Source: Desulfobacterales bacterium (GTDB taxonomy: Bacteria > Desulfobacterota > DSM-4660 > Desulfatiglandales > Desulfatiglandaceae). From it: 62,924 nucleotides of DNA. The notes under the pieces are model-generated. The model saw nothing but the letters and a program-made list of their open reading frames with translations. It did no database searches and had not been told where the DNA came from. Both the position numbers and the translations under genes were made by a program. The stretch covers positions 1 through 62,924 of the forward strand of contig JALVMN010000375.1 of NCBI GenBank assembly GCA_027027005.1, read 5' to 3'. Below are positions 1 through 9,154 of the stretch, piece after piece. Position 1 is the stretch's first letter. Each line of letters starts with the position of its first letter.

Positions 1-4
1 GCTG

Positions 5-1003
5 TTGCAAGAGGGGGTGGAGCCAGGCGGGGTGAGCATGGGGGTGGATTTTGCCCTCCAGCAAAAAGCCCCTTTCGTCCTTGAAGAGGCCACCAAGGTC
101 CAGGTCCGCGAAGGAAAAGTGGTGAGCATTGGCAAGGATATCAAAGATTTTCAGGCCCTGGACACCGGCCTGTTCCTGTGTTCTGAAGGCATATTTGAGG
201 CATTGGCCGAATCTTCTGGCAGAGGGGACACAACCCTCAGCGGCGGTATCAGGGTCCTGGCATCCAAAGGAAAGGCCAAGGCCGTTGCCATGGAGGGTCT
301 TTGGTTTGACATCGACGATGAAAGGTCCTTGAAAAAGGCAGAAACGGCCTTTCTTAACTCCCTGAAAAAACCCACGGACGGGCCTGTTTCCCGCTACATA
401 AACCGCCCCCTGTCCATCAGGATCACTAAGCTCCTGGTGGAAAGGGACATAACACCCAATACCATCAGCCTGGCTTCTTTCTTCATGTGTCTCATGGGGG
501 CCGTCTGCTTTGTGTTCAAGTCGTATGCCCTGCTTTTGCTAGGAGGGATGCTGGCCCAGGCTGCCTCCATTGTGGACGGATGCGACGGCGAGGTGGCCAG
601 GGTCAAGTTCATGGAGACCGAATTCGGGGCCTGGTTTGATGCAGTGCTTGACAGATACGCCGACGCCCTCCTCTTGACCGGTCTTTCCCTCCACTGTCTG
701 TGGTATCATCCTCCGTGGTTGGTCTTCTTGCTGGGTAGTGCGGCCATCTCGGGTTCACTCATAAACAGCTACACAGCGGACAAGTACGATGGCTTCATGA
801 AGAGAAGGCTGGCTGCACGGCCTGGTAGAAATGGAAAACCAGGATATTTCAGGGTCGGGCGAGACATCCGAATGATGGTGATCTTTCTTGGGGCCCTGTT
901 GGATCTTGCCCTCTTTACCTTGCTGGTCCTTGGTGTGGGAATGAATCTTGAAAATGCCAGGAGAGTCTGGCTACTCTATGGGCATGGAAATGAGGCGGCA
1001 TGA
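5..1003 (+). CDS. Bifunctional IPCT/DIPPS-like enzyme (CTP:inositol-1-phosphate cytidylyltransferase fused to CDP-alcohol phosphatidyltransferase), 5' end cut by the window edge
   Basis: ORF is open to the window start. The C-terminal half is polytopic and carries the CDP-alcohol phosphatidyltransferase motif D-G-x2-A-R-x8-G-x3-D-x3-D (DGEVARVKFMETEFGAWFDAVLD, preceded by IVDGC as in DIPP synthases). The N-terminal part looks like the end of a nucleotidyltransferase fold. Confidence 0.7.
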   Translation: MQEGVEPGGVSMGVDFALQQKAPFVLEEATKVQVREGKVVSIGKDIKDFQALDTGLFLCSEGIFEALAESSGRGDTTLSGGIRVLASKGKAKAVAMEGLWFDIDDERSLKKAETAFLNSLKKPTDGPVSRYINRPLSIRITKLLVERDITPNTISLASFFMCLMGAVCFVFKSYALLLLGGMLAQAASIVDGCDGEVARVKFMETEFGAWFDAVLDRYADALLLTGLSLHCLWYHPPWLVFLLGSAAISGSLINSYTADKYDGFMKRRLAARPGRNGKPGYFRVGRDIRMMVIFLGALLDLALFTLLVLGVGMNLENARRVWLLYGHGNEAA

Positions 1004-1614
1004 GCACAAAGCAAGATATTTTACGGGCAGAGAGGAAAATCCTGGATATCATAGACCGATCCCCTGTGCCCGAGGACCCTGTCCATGCCAGGAACACCGC
1101 CCAGTGGGTGGAAAGGCTCGGCTCTTCAGACCCCCTTTTAAGGTTGGCTGCCCTGGGCCATGACATAGAGAGGGCCTTGCCTGCGGAAAAGGTCAAGCGA
1201 GACCAGTTTACCTCCTTTGATGATTTTAAGGAGGCACACGCAAAGAACAGCGCCAGGGTCTTGAGAAAGATCTTGGCAGACTCCGGGCTGGAGCCAGAAG
1301 AGATTGATAAGATATGCTACTTGGTGGAAATGCATGAAAGGGGTGGCTCCCCTGAGGCAGACCTCCTCAAGGAGGCCGATGCCCTGTCTTTTTTTGAGAC
1401 AAATCTGGCCCTCTACAGCCTGAGGCACACCGAGGAAGATGTTGAAAAAAGGGCCTTGTGGGGCCTAAAAAGGTTGCGGCCAGCCACAAGGGACTTGGTG
1501 CTTAACATGGATTACAAGGATCCGCATCTATCCCAAATGGTCCGGCGCTTGATACGGGAGATGAATAAGGGCTCAAGGCCCCTCAAGGGTGAGGAAAGGA
1601 AGGTGAGAACATGA
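1000..1614 (+). CDS. HD-superfamily / DUF4202-like protein
   Basis: 204 aa with an LGHDIER motif and a second MHERGG region. The start overlaps the upstream stop by 4 nt (operonic). Confidence 0.45.
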   Translation: MSTKQDILRAERKILDIIDRSPVPEDPVHARNTAQWVERLGSSDPLLRLAALGHDIERALPAEKVKRDQFTSFDDFKEAHAKNSARVLRKILADSGLEPEEIDKICYLVEMHERGGSPEADLLKEADALSFFETNLALYSLRHTEEDVEKRALWGLKRLRPATRDLVLNMDYKDPHLSQMVRRLIREMNKGSRPLKGEERKVRT

Positions 1615-2750
1615 GAGTAGGTTTTATCTCAACATATCCGCCCATTGAGTGTGGGATTGCCACTTATACACAATATCTGACCGAGGCATTGAGAAAGAAG
1701 GCCACAGATGTCTATGTGGTCTGTCATGTGGGTGGCAGCGGGACACAGGTATTCCCGGCCTTTGACTATGAAGATGGCGACCTTGCAGAAAAAGCCTATT
1801 CCACCATGGTTCGGTTCACCCCTGATGTGGTCCATGTCCAGCACGAGTACGGATTGTTTGGAAAGCATTATGGCGTCTCAGTGGTTCCCCTCCTCATCCA
1901 GTTCCGCATGCTGGGCATCCCTATAGTCACCACACTTCACACCGTGTACCAGGAGATTGACGCCCCTCATCAGATCCTCCTTGAATCCATAGTGCTCAAT
2001 TCAGACCGTGTGATTGTCCACGAGGAATACCAGAGGAAGACACTAGAGCAAACCCTTCCCCAGGGGCTCAGGAGCAAGATAGCGGTCATACCCCATGGGG
2101 CTAGGGAGGTGGAGATATTGACCGGTGCCAGAAAGAAACTGGGTCTCCCTGAGGACAAAAAGATCATCCTCATCATCGGCTACATCAGGCCCTCAAAGAA
2201 TTTTGAGCTGGTAATAGATATATTCCCCAAGATACGGGAGAGGTATCCGGACGCAGTCCTGGTAATGGCAGGAAAGATCAGGGGGCAGGAATATGTGGAC
2301 TACAGGAATTTCTTGTATCAGAAGATTGCAAGCTCTCCTGCCAAAGACAATATCATCATAATAAGGGGCCAGTTGCCCCAGGATGTGTTTGACCAACTCT
2401 TATGTGCGGCCGATGTGGTGGTGCTCCCCTACAAGCTTTCATCCCAAAGTGGAATCCTTGCCCACTGCCTCTCCTTTGGCCGCCCCATTGTTGCAAGTAA
2501 CAGCCAGGCCCTGTTGGATGCAGTGGCAAAGACCAAGGCAGGGCTGGTGTGCGACGGAGAGATGGATTTTATTGACAATATCGTGCGCATCTTGTCTAAT
2601 CCCGAGTTTGCCAGCACCCTGTCTGAAAACGGCAGGAGGTATGTAAGAGAGCATATCTCGTGGTCAATCGTGGCAGACAAGCACCTGGCCCTATACAGAA
2701 AGATCACGGATATGCCCAATGTCCAGGCAAAGATAATAACCACTGCATAA
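1611..2750 (+). CDS. Glycosyltransferase, GT4-like (GT-B fold)
   Basis: N-terminus MRVGFISTYPPIECGIATYT and a C-terminal VVLPY...SQSG...E-type region typical of retaining GT4 enzymes. Overlaps the upstream gene by 4 nt. Confidence 0.75.
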   Translation: MRVGFISTYPPIECGIATYTQYLTEALRKKATDVYVVCHVGGSGTQVFPAFDYEDGDLAEKAYSTMVRFTPDVVHVQHEYGLFGKHYGVSVVPLLIQFRMLGIPIVTTLHTVYQEIDAPHQILLESIVLNSDRVIVHEEYQRKTLEQTLPQGLRSKIAVIPHGAREVEILTGARKKLGLPEDKKIILIIGYIRPSKNFELVIDIFPKIRERYPDAVLVMAGKIRGQEYVDYRNFLYQKIASSPAKDNIIIIRGQLPQDVFDQLLCAADVVVLPYKLSSQSGILAHCLSFGRPIVASNSQALLDAVAKTKAGLVCDGEMDFIDNIVRILSNPEFASTLSENGRRYVREHISWSIVADKHLALYRKITDMPNVQAKIITTA

Positions 2751-2767
2751 GGGAATGACGGAGCCTC

Positions 2768-3724
2768 TTGACCATGAAGCCGCCCCTTCACCCCTTTGTA
2801 CGTTACCAGGGAAATCCCATTCTGGATCGGGATGACATACCGTATCCTTGTAACACCGTGTTTAATGCCGCGGCCTGCAGGTTCAACGGCCAGTATCTCT
2901 TGCTTCTCAGGGTTGAGGACTTGCGGGGCTACAGTCACCTCACCATAGCCCGCTCTGATGACGGATACAATTTCCAGGTGGACGAAGAACCCTGGATACT
3001 GCCTTCTGAAGACCCCCACTTTCGAATCCACGAGCAATACGGTGTGGAGGACCCCCGTATAACTCAGATGGGTGATGTCTATTTCATCACCTACACGGCA
3101 TATGGCCCCCATGGCCCGAGGGCTGCAATAGGTATGACAAAGGACTTCAAGAATTTTGAGAGGATCTCTCTCATAACCGCGCCAGACAACAAGGACGCGG
3201 TCTTGTTTCCAGAGAAGATCAACGGTAATTTTGTCCTATTGGATCGACCAGGAGGTATGGGGGGGCGGAAGGGTGCAATCTGGATCAAATATTCCCCTGA
3301 CCTGGTCTACTGGGGCAAGGCCGAAATCATACTGGGTCCAGAACCGGGATGGGGGCCTTCCAAGCTGGGCATGTGTAATCCCCCCATAAAGACGGAAAAG
3401 GGCTGGCTCGCCCTGTACCACGGCGTGAGGGAGACTGGCGGAGGCAGGATCTACAGGGTTGGGGCCATGCTCTTGGACCTGGAAAACCCGGAAAAGGTAA
3501 TAGGTTACACCCCGTATTTTATCTTCGGCCCTGAGTATCCCTATGAGAGGACGGGCGATGTGCCCAATGTGGTATTCCCTTGTGGAGGGGTTCTGGAGCC
3601 TGACAATACCCTCAAACTCTACTATGGAGCGGCAGATACCTGCATTGCGGTGGCAGAGGCCAAGCTGGATGACCTTGTTGAGCTCTGCCTCGGGACCCGA
3701 AATTCCACACCCAGGGCATTCTGA
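2768..3724 (+). CDS. GH130-family beta-mannoside phosphorylase/hydrolase-like protein
   Basis: YQGNPIL...VFNAAA..NGQYLLLLRVED, EDPRIT and YYGAADT blocks typical of GH130 five-bladed propeller enzymes. TTG at 2768; an ATG two codons later is an alternative start. Confidence 0.7.
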   Translation: MTMKPPLHPFVRYQGNPILDRDDIPYPCNTVFNAAACRFNGQYLLLLRVEDLRGYSHLTIARSDDGYNFQVDEEPWILPSEDPHFRIHEQYGVEDPRITQMGDVYFITYTAYGPHGPRAAIGMTKDFKNFERISLITAPDNKDAVLFPEKINGNFVLLDRPGGMGGRKGAIWIKYSPDLVYWGKAEIILGPEPGWGPSKLGMCNPPIKTEKGWLALYHGVRETGGGRIYRVGAMLLDLENPEKVIGYTPYFIFGPEYPYERTGDVPNVVFPCGGVLEPDNTLKLYYGAADTCIAVAEAKLDDLVELCLGTRNSTPRAF

Positions 3725-3733
3725 GTCAAAGCC

Positions 3734-5683
3734 ATGTACCCTCATCGTCCCCTATTTTGGCAGATAGAACACCCTTGGCTGTTTTATTCGGCCACCGCAG
3801 TGGCAGTCGCCTTCTTTTCTCTGGGGCTATGGCGACACATCCGGGCCTGGGTCTCTTTGGGCCATGGAAAAGTGGCGTTTTCTCCTGAGGGCCTGAAAAA
3901 GATGGCCCTGGAGAGCCTCTTTGGGGTAAAGATATTCAAGGGAGATGTGGCGGCAGGCACCATGCACTTCCTGATTTTCTGGGGCTTTTTGGCTCTTTTC
4001 TTGGGTACCCTCACCCTCTCTGTTCATCATTATTTGGTTCCAATTCTCACCGGCACTCCATACCTGGTATTTTCCTTGTCCATGGAAGTTGCCGGGCTCA
4101 TGCTTGCATCCGGCCTGTGTTGGGCTCTATGGAGGCGCTATATCACCAGGGTGCCAAGGTTAGAGAGGCGGCCCCAGGACCTTTTGTTGCCCCTATGGCT
4201 GCTGGTGATCACGATGTCAGGCTACTTGCTGGAAGCTGCGAGACTTTCTGCCCTAGATCCCCAGTGGGCCCCCTGGTCTTTTGTGGGAGAGAGACTTTCG
4301 TTTTTTTTCACCACCACTAGCGAAACCCAACAGGGCTATGTATATCTGTGGTGGACCCATGCCATGATTAGCCTGGGCTTTGTGGCATCCATCCCTTATA
4401 CCAAGCTCTTTCATATCTTGGCCTCCCCCCTGAGCATCTATCTTCAAAGTTCTCCATCCCGGGATTCAGGGGAGCCGGTTTCAGAAGGATTCAAAATAAA
4501 GGATGTGGTGTTTTTCAGTGCCTGCATGCGCTGTGGAAGATGCGTGGAAAAATGCCCTCCAACCATTGCTGGGGAGCCGTTTGCCCCAAGGGAGTTGATC
4601 CAGGAACTCAAGAGGCGTTACTGGCCCAATCTCCTCCAGGCATCATATTACAAGGACCAGGCCGGCAGCGCTGTTCCACCCCCATCATCCGTATGGCACT
4701 GCACCACCTGCAGTGCCTGCATGGAGGTGTGCCCTGTGCATGGTCCTACTTTTGAGGCAGTATTCGCCGAGAGGGCAAGGGTGGTTGAGGATGGAACCAC
4801 CCTTCCTTCACTAATGGCCCAGACACTGGAGAGACTTTACAGGTATAACAACCCGTGGGAGGCCTCCAAGAAGAAGCGGGCCGCCTGGTCCAAGGGCCTC
4901 GGCATATTAGATATCACAAGAACCGATGAGAGGGTGGATGTATGCTATTTTGTGGGATGCACCACATCTTTTGACACCAGGGCCCAAGGCATTGCCAGGG
5001 CTTTTTCCGCTATTCTGGAACACAGTGGGGTGAACTTCGGAACCTTGGGAAAGAAGGAACCCTGCTGTGGTGATATTGCAAGAGTTTCAGGGGAGCTGGG
5101 GCTGTTTCAAGACCAGCAGGAGGAGTGTAACAGCCTGTTTTCAAAGTATTCTATTACCAAGCTGATTACCTCCTCGCCACATTGTTTCCATACCCTTAGG
5201 AATCACTATGGCAATCCATCATTTTCGGCCCTCCACTATACCCAGTTTCTCTTCGGCCTCTTGGAGGAGGGAAAACTAAAGTTCAAAGAAGAATTCCCTG
5301 CCACAGTCACATATCACGATCCCTGTTACCTTGGGCGCCACAACAGGATATTTGAGGAGCCGAGGAGGGTGCTCACGGCCATCCCGGGGGTGAGGCTGGT
5401 GGAGATGCCCAACCACGGCACAGGGAGCCTTTGTTGTGGTGGGGGTGGGGCCAGGATGTGGCAAGAAGAGCTGGATGCCGAGACCAAGATCAGTGAGATC
5501 AGGATAAGAGAGGCTGCAGAGACCGGTGCAGGCGTGCTGATCACTGCCTGCCCCTTGTGTCTCATAATGCTGGAAGATGCCAGGAAAACCGCAGGGCTTG
5601 AGGAAATCCTGGAGGTGTTGGACCTGAATGAATTAGTGCTGAAGGCCTTAGGGATTGAATCCAAAAGGGAGGAGAATGGATGA
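3734..5683 (+). CDS. Membrane-bound Fe-S oxidoreductase: NarI/DsrM-like membrane domain fused to an HdrD/DsrK-like domain (2x[4Fe-4S] plus two CCG domains)
   Basis: About 5-6 N-terminal TM helices with conserved His residues. Two ferredoxin motifs (CMRCGRCVEKCP, CTTCSACMEVCP). Two CCG motifs (EPCCGD, SLCCGGGG). Stop overlaps the etfB start. Confidence 0.75.
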   Translation: MYPHRPLFWQIEHPWLFYSATAVAVAFFSLGLWRHIRAWVSLGHGKVAFSPEGLKKMALESLFGVKIFKGDVAAGTMHFLIFWGFLALFLGTLTLSVHHYLVPILTGTPYLVFSLSMEVAGLMLASGLCWALWRRYITRVPRLERRPQDLLLPLWLLVITMSGYLLEAARLSALDPQWAPWSFVGERLSFFFTTTSETQQGYVYLWWTHAMISLGFVASIPYTKLFHILASPLSIYLQSSPSRDSGEPVSEGFKIKDVVFFSACMRCGRCVEKCPPTIAGEPFAPRELIQELKRRYWPNLLQASYYKDQAGSAVPPPSSVWHCTTCSACMEVCPVHGPTFEAVFAERARVVEDGTTLPSLMAQTLERLYRYNNPWEASKKKRAAWSKGLGILDITRTDERVDVCYFVGCTTSFDTRAQGIARAFSAILEHSGVNFGTLGKKEPCCGDIARVSGELGLFQDQQEECNSLFSKYSITKLITSSPHCFHTLRNHYGNPSFSALHYTQFLFGLLEEGKLKFKEEFPATVTYHDPCYLGRHNRIFEEPRRVLTAIPGVRLVEMPNHGTGSLCCGGGGARMWQEELDAETKISEIRIREAAETGAGVLITACPLCLIMLEDARKTAGLEEILEVLDLNELVLKALGIESKREENG

Positions 5684-6474
5684 ACATAGTTGTCTGTATC
5701 AAACAGGTGCCAGAGATAACAGATGCCGAACTGGAGATAACCGAGGATGGCGCAGAGATCGACTTGGAAGATCTCGCCATGACCATCAATGAATGGGACA
5801 ATTATGCAGTGGAAGAGGCAATCCGCTTGAAGGAAAGGCTGGGGGGAAGGGTGACGGTTATCACCCTGGGCGACGAGGACGCAGAAGATGTCTTGCGCCG
5901 GGCCCTGGCCATGGGGGCTGATGAGGCCATATTGATAGATCAGGAAGGATTCGAGGGTTCTGATGCCTTCGGCGTGGCAAGGGGGCTTATGGAAGCAATA
6001 AAGGATTTTGAGTTTGATCTGCTCCTTACCGGAGTGCAAAGCTCTGATGACGGCTGGGCACAGGTGGGATTGATCCTGGCCGAATGGCTGGAACTGCCCT
6101 TTGCCTCGCTGGTGGTTGGGATCGAGCCGGTGGATGGACACAAGATAATAGTGGATAGGGAGCTTGAGGCAAATCAACTGGAGCGCGTGGAACTCCCCCT
6201 TCCCGCGGCCCTTACCCTACAGACAGGGATAAATGAACCCCGTTATGTCTCCATTATGGGGATCAGGAAGGTCAGGAACATAACCATAAAAGAGCTTGAT
6301 GTGGACGACCTTCAAATCCCTCAAGACGAGATAGGCTGGAGGGGATCAAGTGTGGCTCAAAGAAGGCTTTCCCTACCCGAAGAGGGCGAGGGTGCTGAAA
6401 TACTCAGTGGGACCCTGGATGAAATATGTGAAAGGGCGGCCCAGATAATTCGGGAAAGAGGGGGGGTGTCCTGA
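5680..6474 (+). CDS. etfB: Electron transfer flavoprotein beta subunit
   Basis: MNIVVCIKQVPE start and typical EtfB length and blocks. ATGA overlap with the upstream gene. Confidence 0.9.
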   Translation: MNIVVCIKQVPEITDAELEITEDGAEIDLEDLAMTINEWDNYAVEEAIRLKERLGGRVTVITLGDEDAEDVLRRALAMGADEAILIDQEGFEGSDAFGVARGLMEAIKDFEFDLLLTGVQSSDDGWAQVGLILAEWLELPFASLVVGIEPVDGHKIIVDRELEANQLERVELPLPAALTLQTGINEPRYVSIMGIRKVRNITIKELDVDDLQIPQDEIGWRGSSVAQRRLSLPEEGEGAEILSGTLDEICERAAQIIRERGGVS

Positions 6475-6476
6475 TC

Positions 6477-7445
6477 ATGAAAGAGATAATGGTTGTGGCA
6501 GAACACCGCCAGGGAAGCTTGAGGGAGATGACTTACGAGATGTTGGCCTGTGCCGCAGATCTAGCAGAGGGCTTTGATTGCACTGTTTCCGCACTAGTAC
6601 TGGGAAAGGATACTCGCCCCATTTGTGATGCGCTGGATGGCTTTGCCCATCAGATTGTTGAAGTGCAAGACCCAATGCTAGAGCACTACAATGCAGATCC
6701 GTATCTCACGGTGCTGGCTGAGATACTGTCATCCCGCAAGCCCTGGCTTACCATGGTGGGCCACACGGCCATGGGTATGGATATGGCCCCTGCCTTGGCT
6801 GCAAGGCTCCACATCCCATTGGTGACCGATTGCCTGGAAATAGGGTGGGCAGAAGGAGGGCTTACCACCTTAAGACAGGTCTATGGGGGCAAGGTGGATG
6901 AAAGGCTTCGGCTGAAACCAGCCGAACAGTACCTGGTTACCTTGAGGCCCGGCGCTTTTTCTGCTGGCCAGGGGATAAGTGAGGGGCCGGTCGTGGAAAA
7001 GATCTCTCCGTCCAAGTGGGAGCAACTTAGGGGAAGGAGGTTTCTGGAATACAAGGTCCTGGAGCAGGAAGACGTGGATATAGCCGAGGCCGAGATCCTT
7101 GTATCCATAGGGAGGGGGATAGGAAAGCCTGAAAACATCCCCTTGGTGGAGCAATTTGCCGAGGCCATAGGGGCCACCTTGAGTTGCTCGAGGCCTGTGG
7201 CCGATAAGGGGTGGCTTCCCAAGAGCAGACAGGTGGGAACATCCGGCAAGACCGTAAAGCCGAAACTGTATATTGCCCTGGGGATCAGCGGGGCGTTTCA
7301 GCATCAGGCAGGCATGAAAAACTCTGGAACCATCATAGCCGTCAACAAAGATCCCAAGGCCCCCATATTCAAGGTGGCCCATTACGGCATCGTGGCCGAC
7401 CTGTTCCAGGTCCTCCCGGTGCTCACTGAAAAGCTCAAAAAATAG
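6477..7445 (+). CDS. etfA: Electron transfer flavoprotein alpha subunit
   Basis: C-terminal FAD-binding block SRPVADKGWLP...QVGTSGKTVKPKLYIALGISGAFQH...IIAVNKD. Confidence 0.9.
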   Translation: MKEIMVVAEHRQGSLREMTYEMLACAADLAEGFDCTVSALVLGKDTRPICDALDGFAHQIVEVQDPMLEHYNADPYLTVLAEILSSRKPWLTMVGHTAMGMDMAPALAARLHIPLVTDCLEIGWAEGGLTTLRQVYGGKVDERLRLKPAEQYLVTLRPGAFSAGQGISEGPVVEKISPSKWEQLRGRRFLEYKVLEQEDVDIAEAEILVSIGRGIGKPENIPLVEQFAEAIGATLSCSRPVADKGWLPKSRQVGTSGKTVKPKLYIALGISGAFQHQAGMKNSGTIIAVNKDPKAPIFKVAHYGIVADLFQVLPVLTEKLKK

Positions 7446-7501
7446 CCGATCTCTTTACAAGAGTAATCCAATTTCGTGACTAAGGATGTGCAGTTGGTTC
7501 C

Positions 7502-7531
7502 TTGACACCAATTGGTTCCAAGGATTATGAT
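7502..7531 (+). promoter_or_regulatory. Candidate sigma70 promoter for the inositol monophosphatase gene
   Basis: TTGACA (7502-7507), 18-nt spacer, TATGAT (7526-7531). The ORF-track TTG start at 7502 lies inside this element. Confidence 0.4.
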
Positions 7532-7564
7532 CACGAAGTAGTTAGAGGTATAAGGAGCGATTCA

Positions 7565-8362
7565 ATGAGCGATAGTAATGGCCGTGAGCTTGAGGAACTC
7601 ACGCGGTTTGCAACCGATGTGGTCAAAGAGGCCGGCCGCAAGGCCCTTGGGTTTTACGGAAAGAGGGGTGGCGGGGTGAGATTCGATGAAGAACTGGTTA
7701 CGAGCGCAGAGTTGGCCCTCTCGGACCTGTTTACCTCCAGGTTGAGGAGCACTTTTCCAGAGCACCAAATTTTCAACAATGCCTTGACCGAGGAATCATA
7801 CACCCATGAGGAAAGGCGCTATGTGTGGGTTTACGATGCACTTGACGGTGTGGCAAATTTTCAGGCAGGTATCCCCATGTGGGGGATATCGCTTGCACTC
7901 TTGGAAAATTTCTGGCCCATATTTGGGCTTTTTTATATGCCTGCCACAGGGGATCTCTTTCGAGCAAGGGCAAAGGAGGCGGCGTATCGGGGCGATAGTG
8001 AGATAAAGATGGGCGAGCGGGCCGGCATTGATGACCAAAGCCTCCTTTTGGTCTTTTCACGATTCCACCACCAGTTCAGAAGCAATTTCCCAGGCAAGGT
8101 GCTGAACCTAGGATGCACATCGGCCCACTTATGCTATGTGGCAAGTGGGCTGGCCGATGCAGCCGTGCTCGCCAACGAGTCGTTCCAGGATCTTGCCGCA
8201 GCAAGGGTGATAGTGGAGGCCTCAGGCGGAAGGATCTATAAAATGGACGGCAATGAATTGCACCTGAATGAATATCTGGAGGGACAAAAGATACAGGAGC
8301 CCCTGGTGGTCTGCGGACCCGAGACATTTGAGCAGGTGAAGGGGTGCCTGCAATCAATCTAG
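7565..8362 (+). CDS. suhB: Inositol monophosphatase family protein
   Basis: WVYDALDGVANF (DPLDGT-type) motif and IMPase-like length. ATG at 7565 is preceded by AAGGAG; the longer ORF-track start overlaps the promoter. Confidence 0.75.
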   Translation: MSDSNGRELEELTRFATDVVKEAGRKALGFYGKRGGGVRFDEELVTSAELALSDLFTSRLRSTFPEHQIFNNALTEESYTHEERRYVWVYDALDGVANFQAGIPMWGISLALLENFWPIFGLFYMPATGDLFRARAKEAAYRGDSEIKMGERAGIDDQSLLLVFSRFHHQFRSNFPGKVLNLGCTSAHLCYVASGLADAAVLANESFQDLAAARVIVEASGGRIYKMDGNELHLNEYLEGQKIQEPLVVCGPETFEQVKGCLQSI

Positions 8363-8392
8363 GTCAATAAAATAGGGGAGCATGAAAGAGAC

Positions 8393-9154
8393 GTGTTTGA
8401 AAATGCCTACCTGGACCGCCAAAGCATTATCCATGGCCTTGACCCCCGCCTCAAACTCGTAATCACCTCCCTGTTTTCAGTGATAGTGGCGCTCAGCCAT
8501 CAGTGGCAGGCCTTGGCGGTGGCCCTGGCCACGGCCTTCTCCTGGGCAATGCTTGCCCGCTTACCTCTCATAAGAATACTCGGAAGACTACTGGTGGTAA
8601 ATTTCTTCCTGGTAATCCTTTGGGGGATGCTGTGCTTTTCTGTGCCAGGGCAAGGCCTTTTAGAGCTCGGCCCTCTGATGGCCACTAAAGAGGGCATTGC
8701 CTATGGAGGGCTCATATGGGTTAGGAGTAATACTATTGTAATCTGCCTCATGGCCCTGGTGGGGACCACTCCCATCTTTTCTCTGGGGAGAGCCATGGGC
8801 CATCTGGGTGTTCCCAGAAAGCTGGTCCACCTCCTGCTCTTTACCTACAGATATATACATGTTATTGAAACCGAATACCATCGTCTCATGAACGCATTGA
8901 AAGTAAGGGGCTTTGAACCCAGGACCAATATGCACACTTACAAGACATACGCATATCTCATAGGGATGCTCTTGGTAAAGAGCTATGAACGATCTGAGAG
9001 GGTGAGAAAGGCCATGCTGGCCAGGGGATTCCAGGGCCGTTATCCTGATCTGTGGACATTTACTTTGACGGGGTGGGATCTTGTGGCAGGCTCCATGATG
9101 CTGCTCCAGGTAATAACCATAGCTGTGTTGCAATGGACCAAAATAGCATATTGA
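8393..9154 (+). CDS. cbiQ: ECF/cobalt-type transporter transmembrane (T) component
   Basis: LDPRLKL N-terminal block, polytopic, ARGF near the C-terminus. GTG start. Confidence 0.75.
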   Translation: MFENAYLDRQSIIHGLDPRLKLVITSLFSVIVALSHQWQALAVALATAFSWAMLARLPLIRILGRLLVVNFFLVILWGMLCFSVPGQGLLELGPLMATKEGIAYGGLIWVRSNTIVICLMALVGTTPIFSLGRAMGHLGVPRKLVHLLLFTYRYIHVIETEYHRLMNALKVRGFEPRTNMHTYKTYAYLIGMLLVKSYERSERVRKAMLARGFQGRYPDLWTFTLTGWDLVAGSMMLLQVITIAVLQWTKIAY

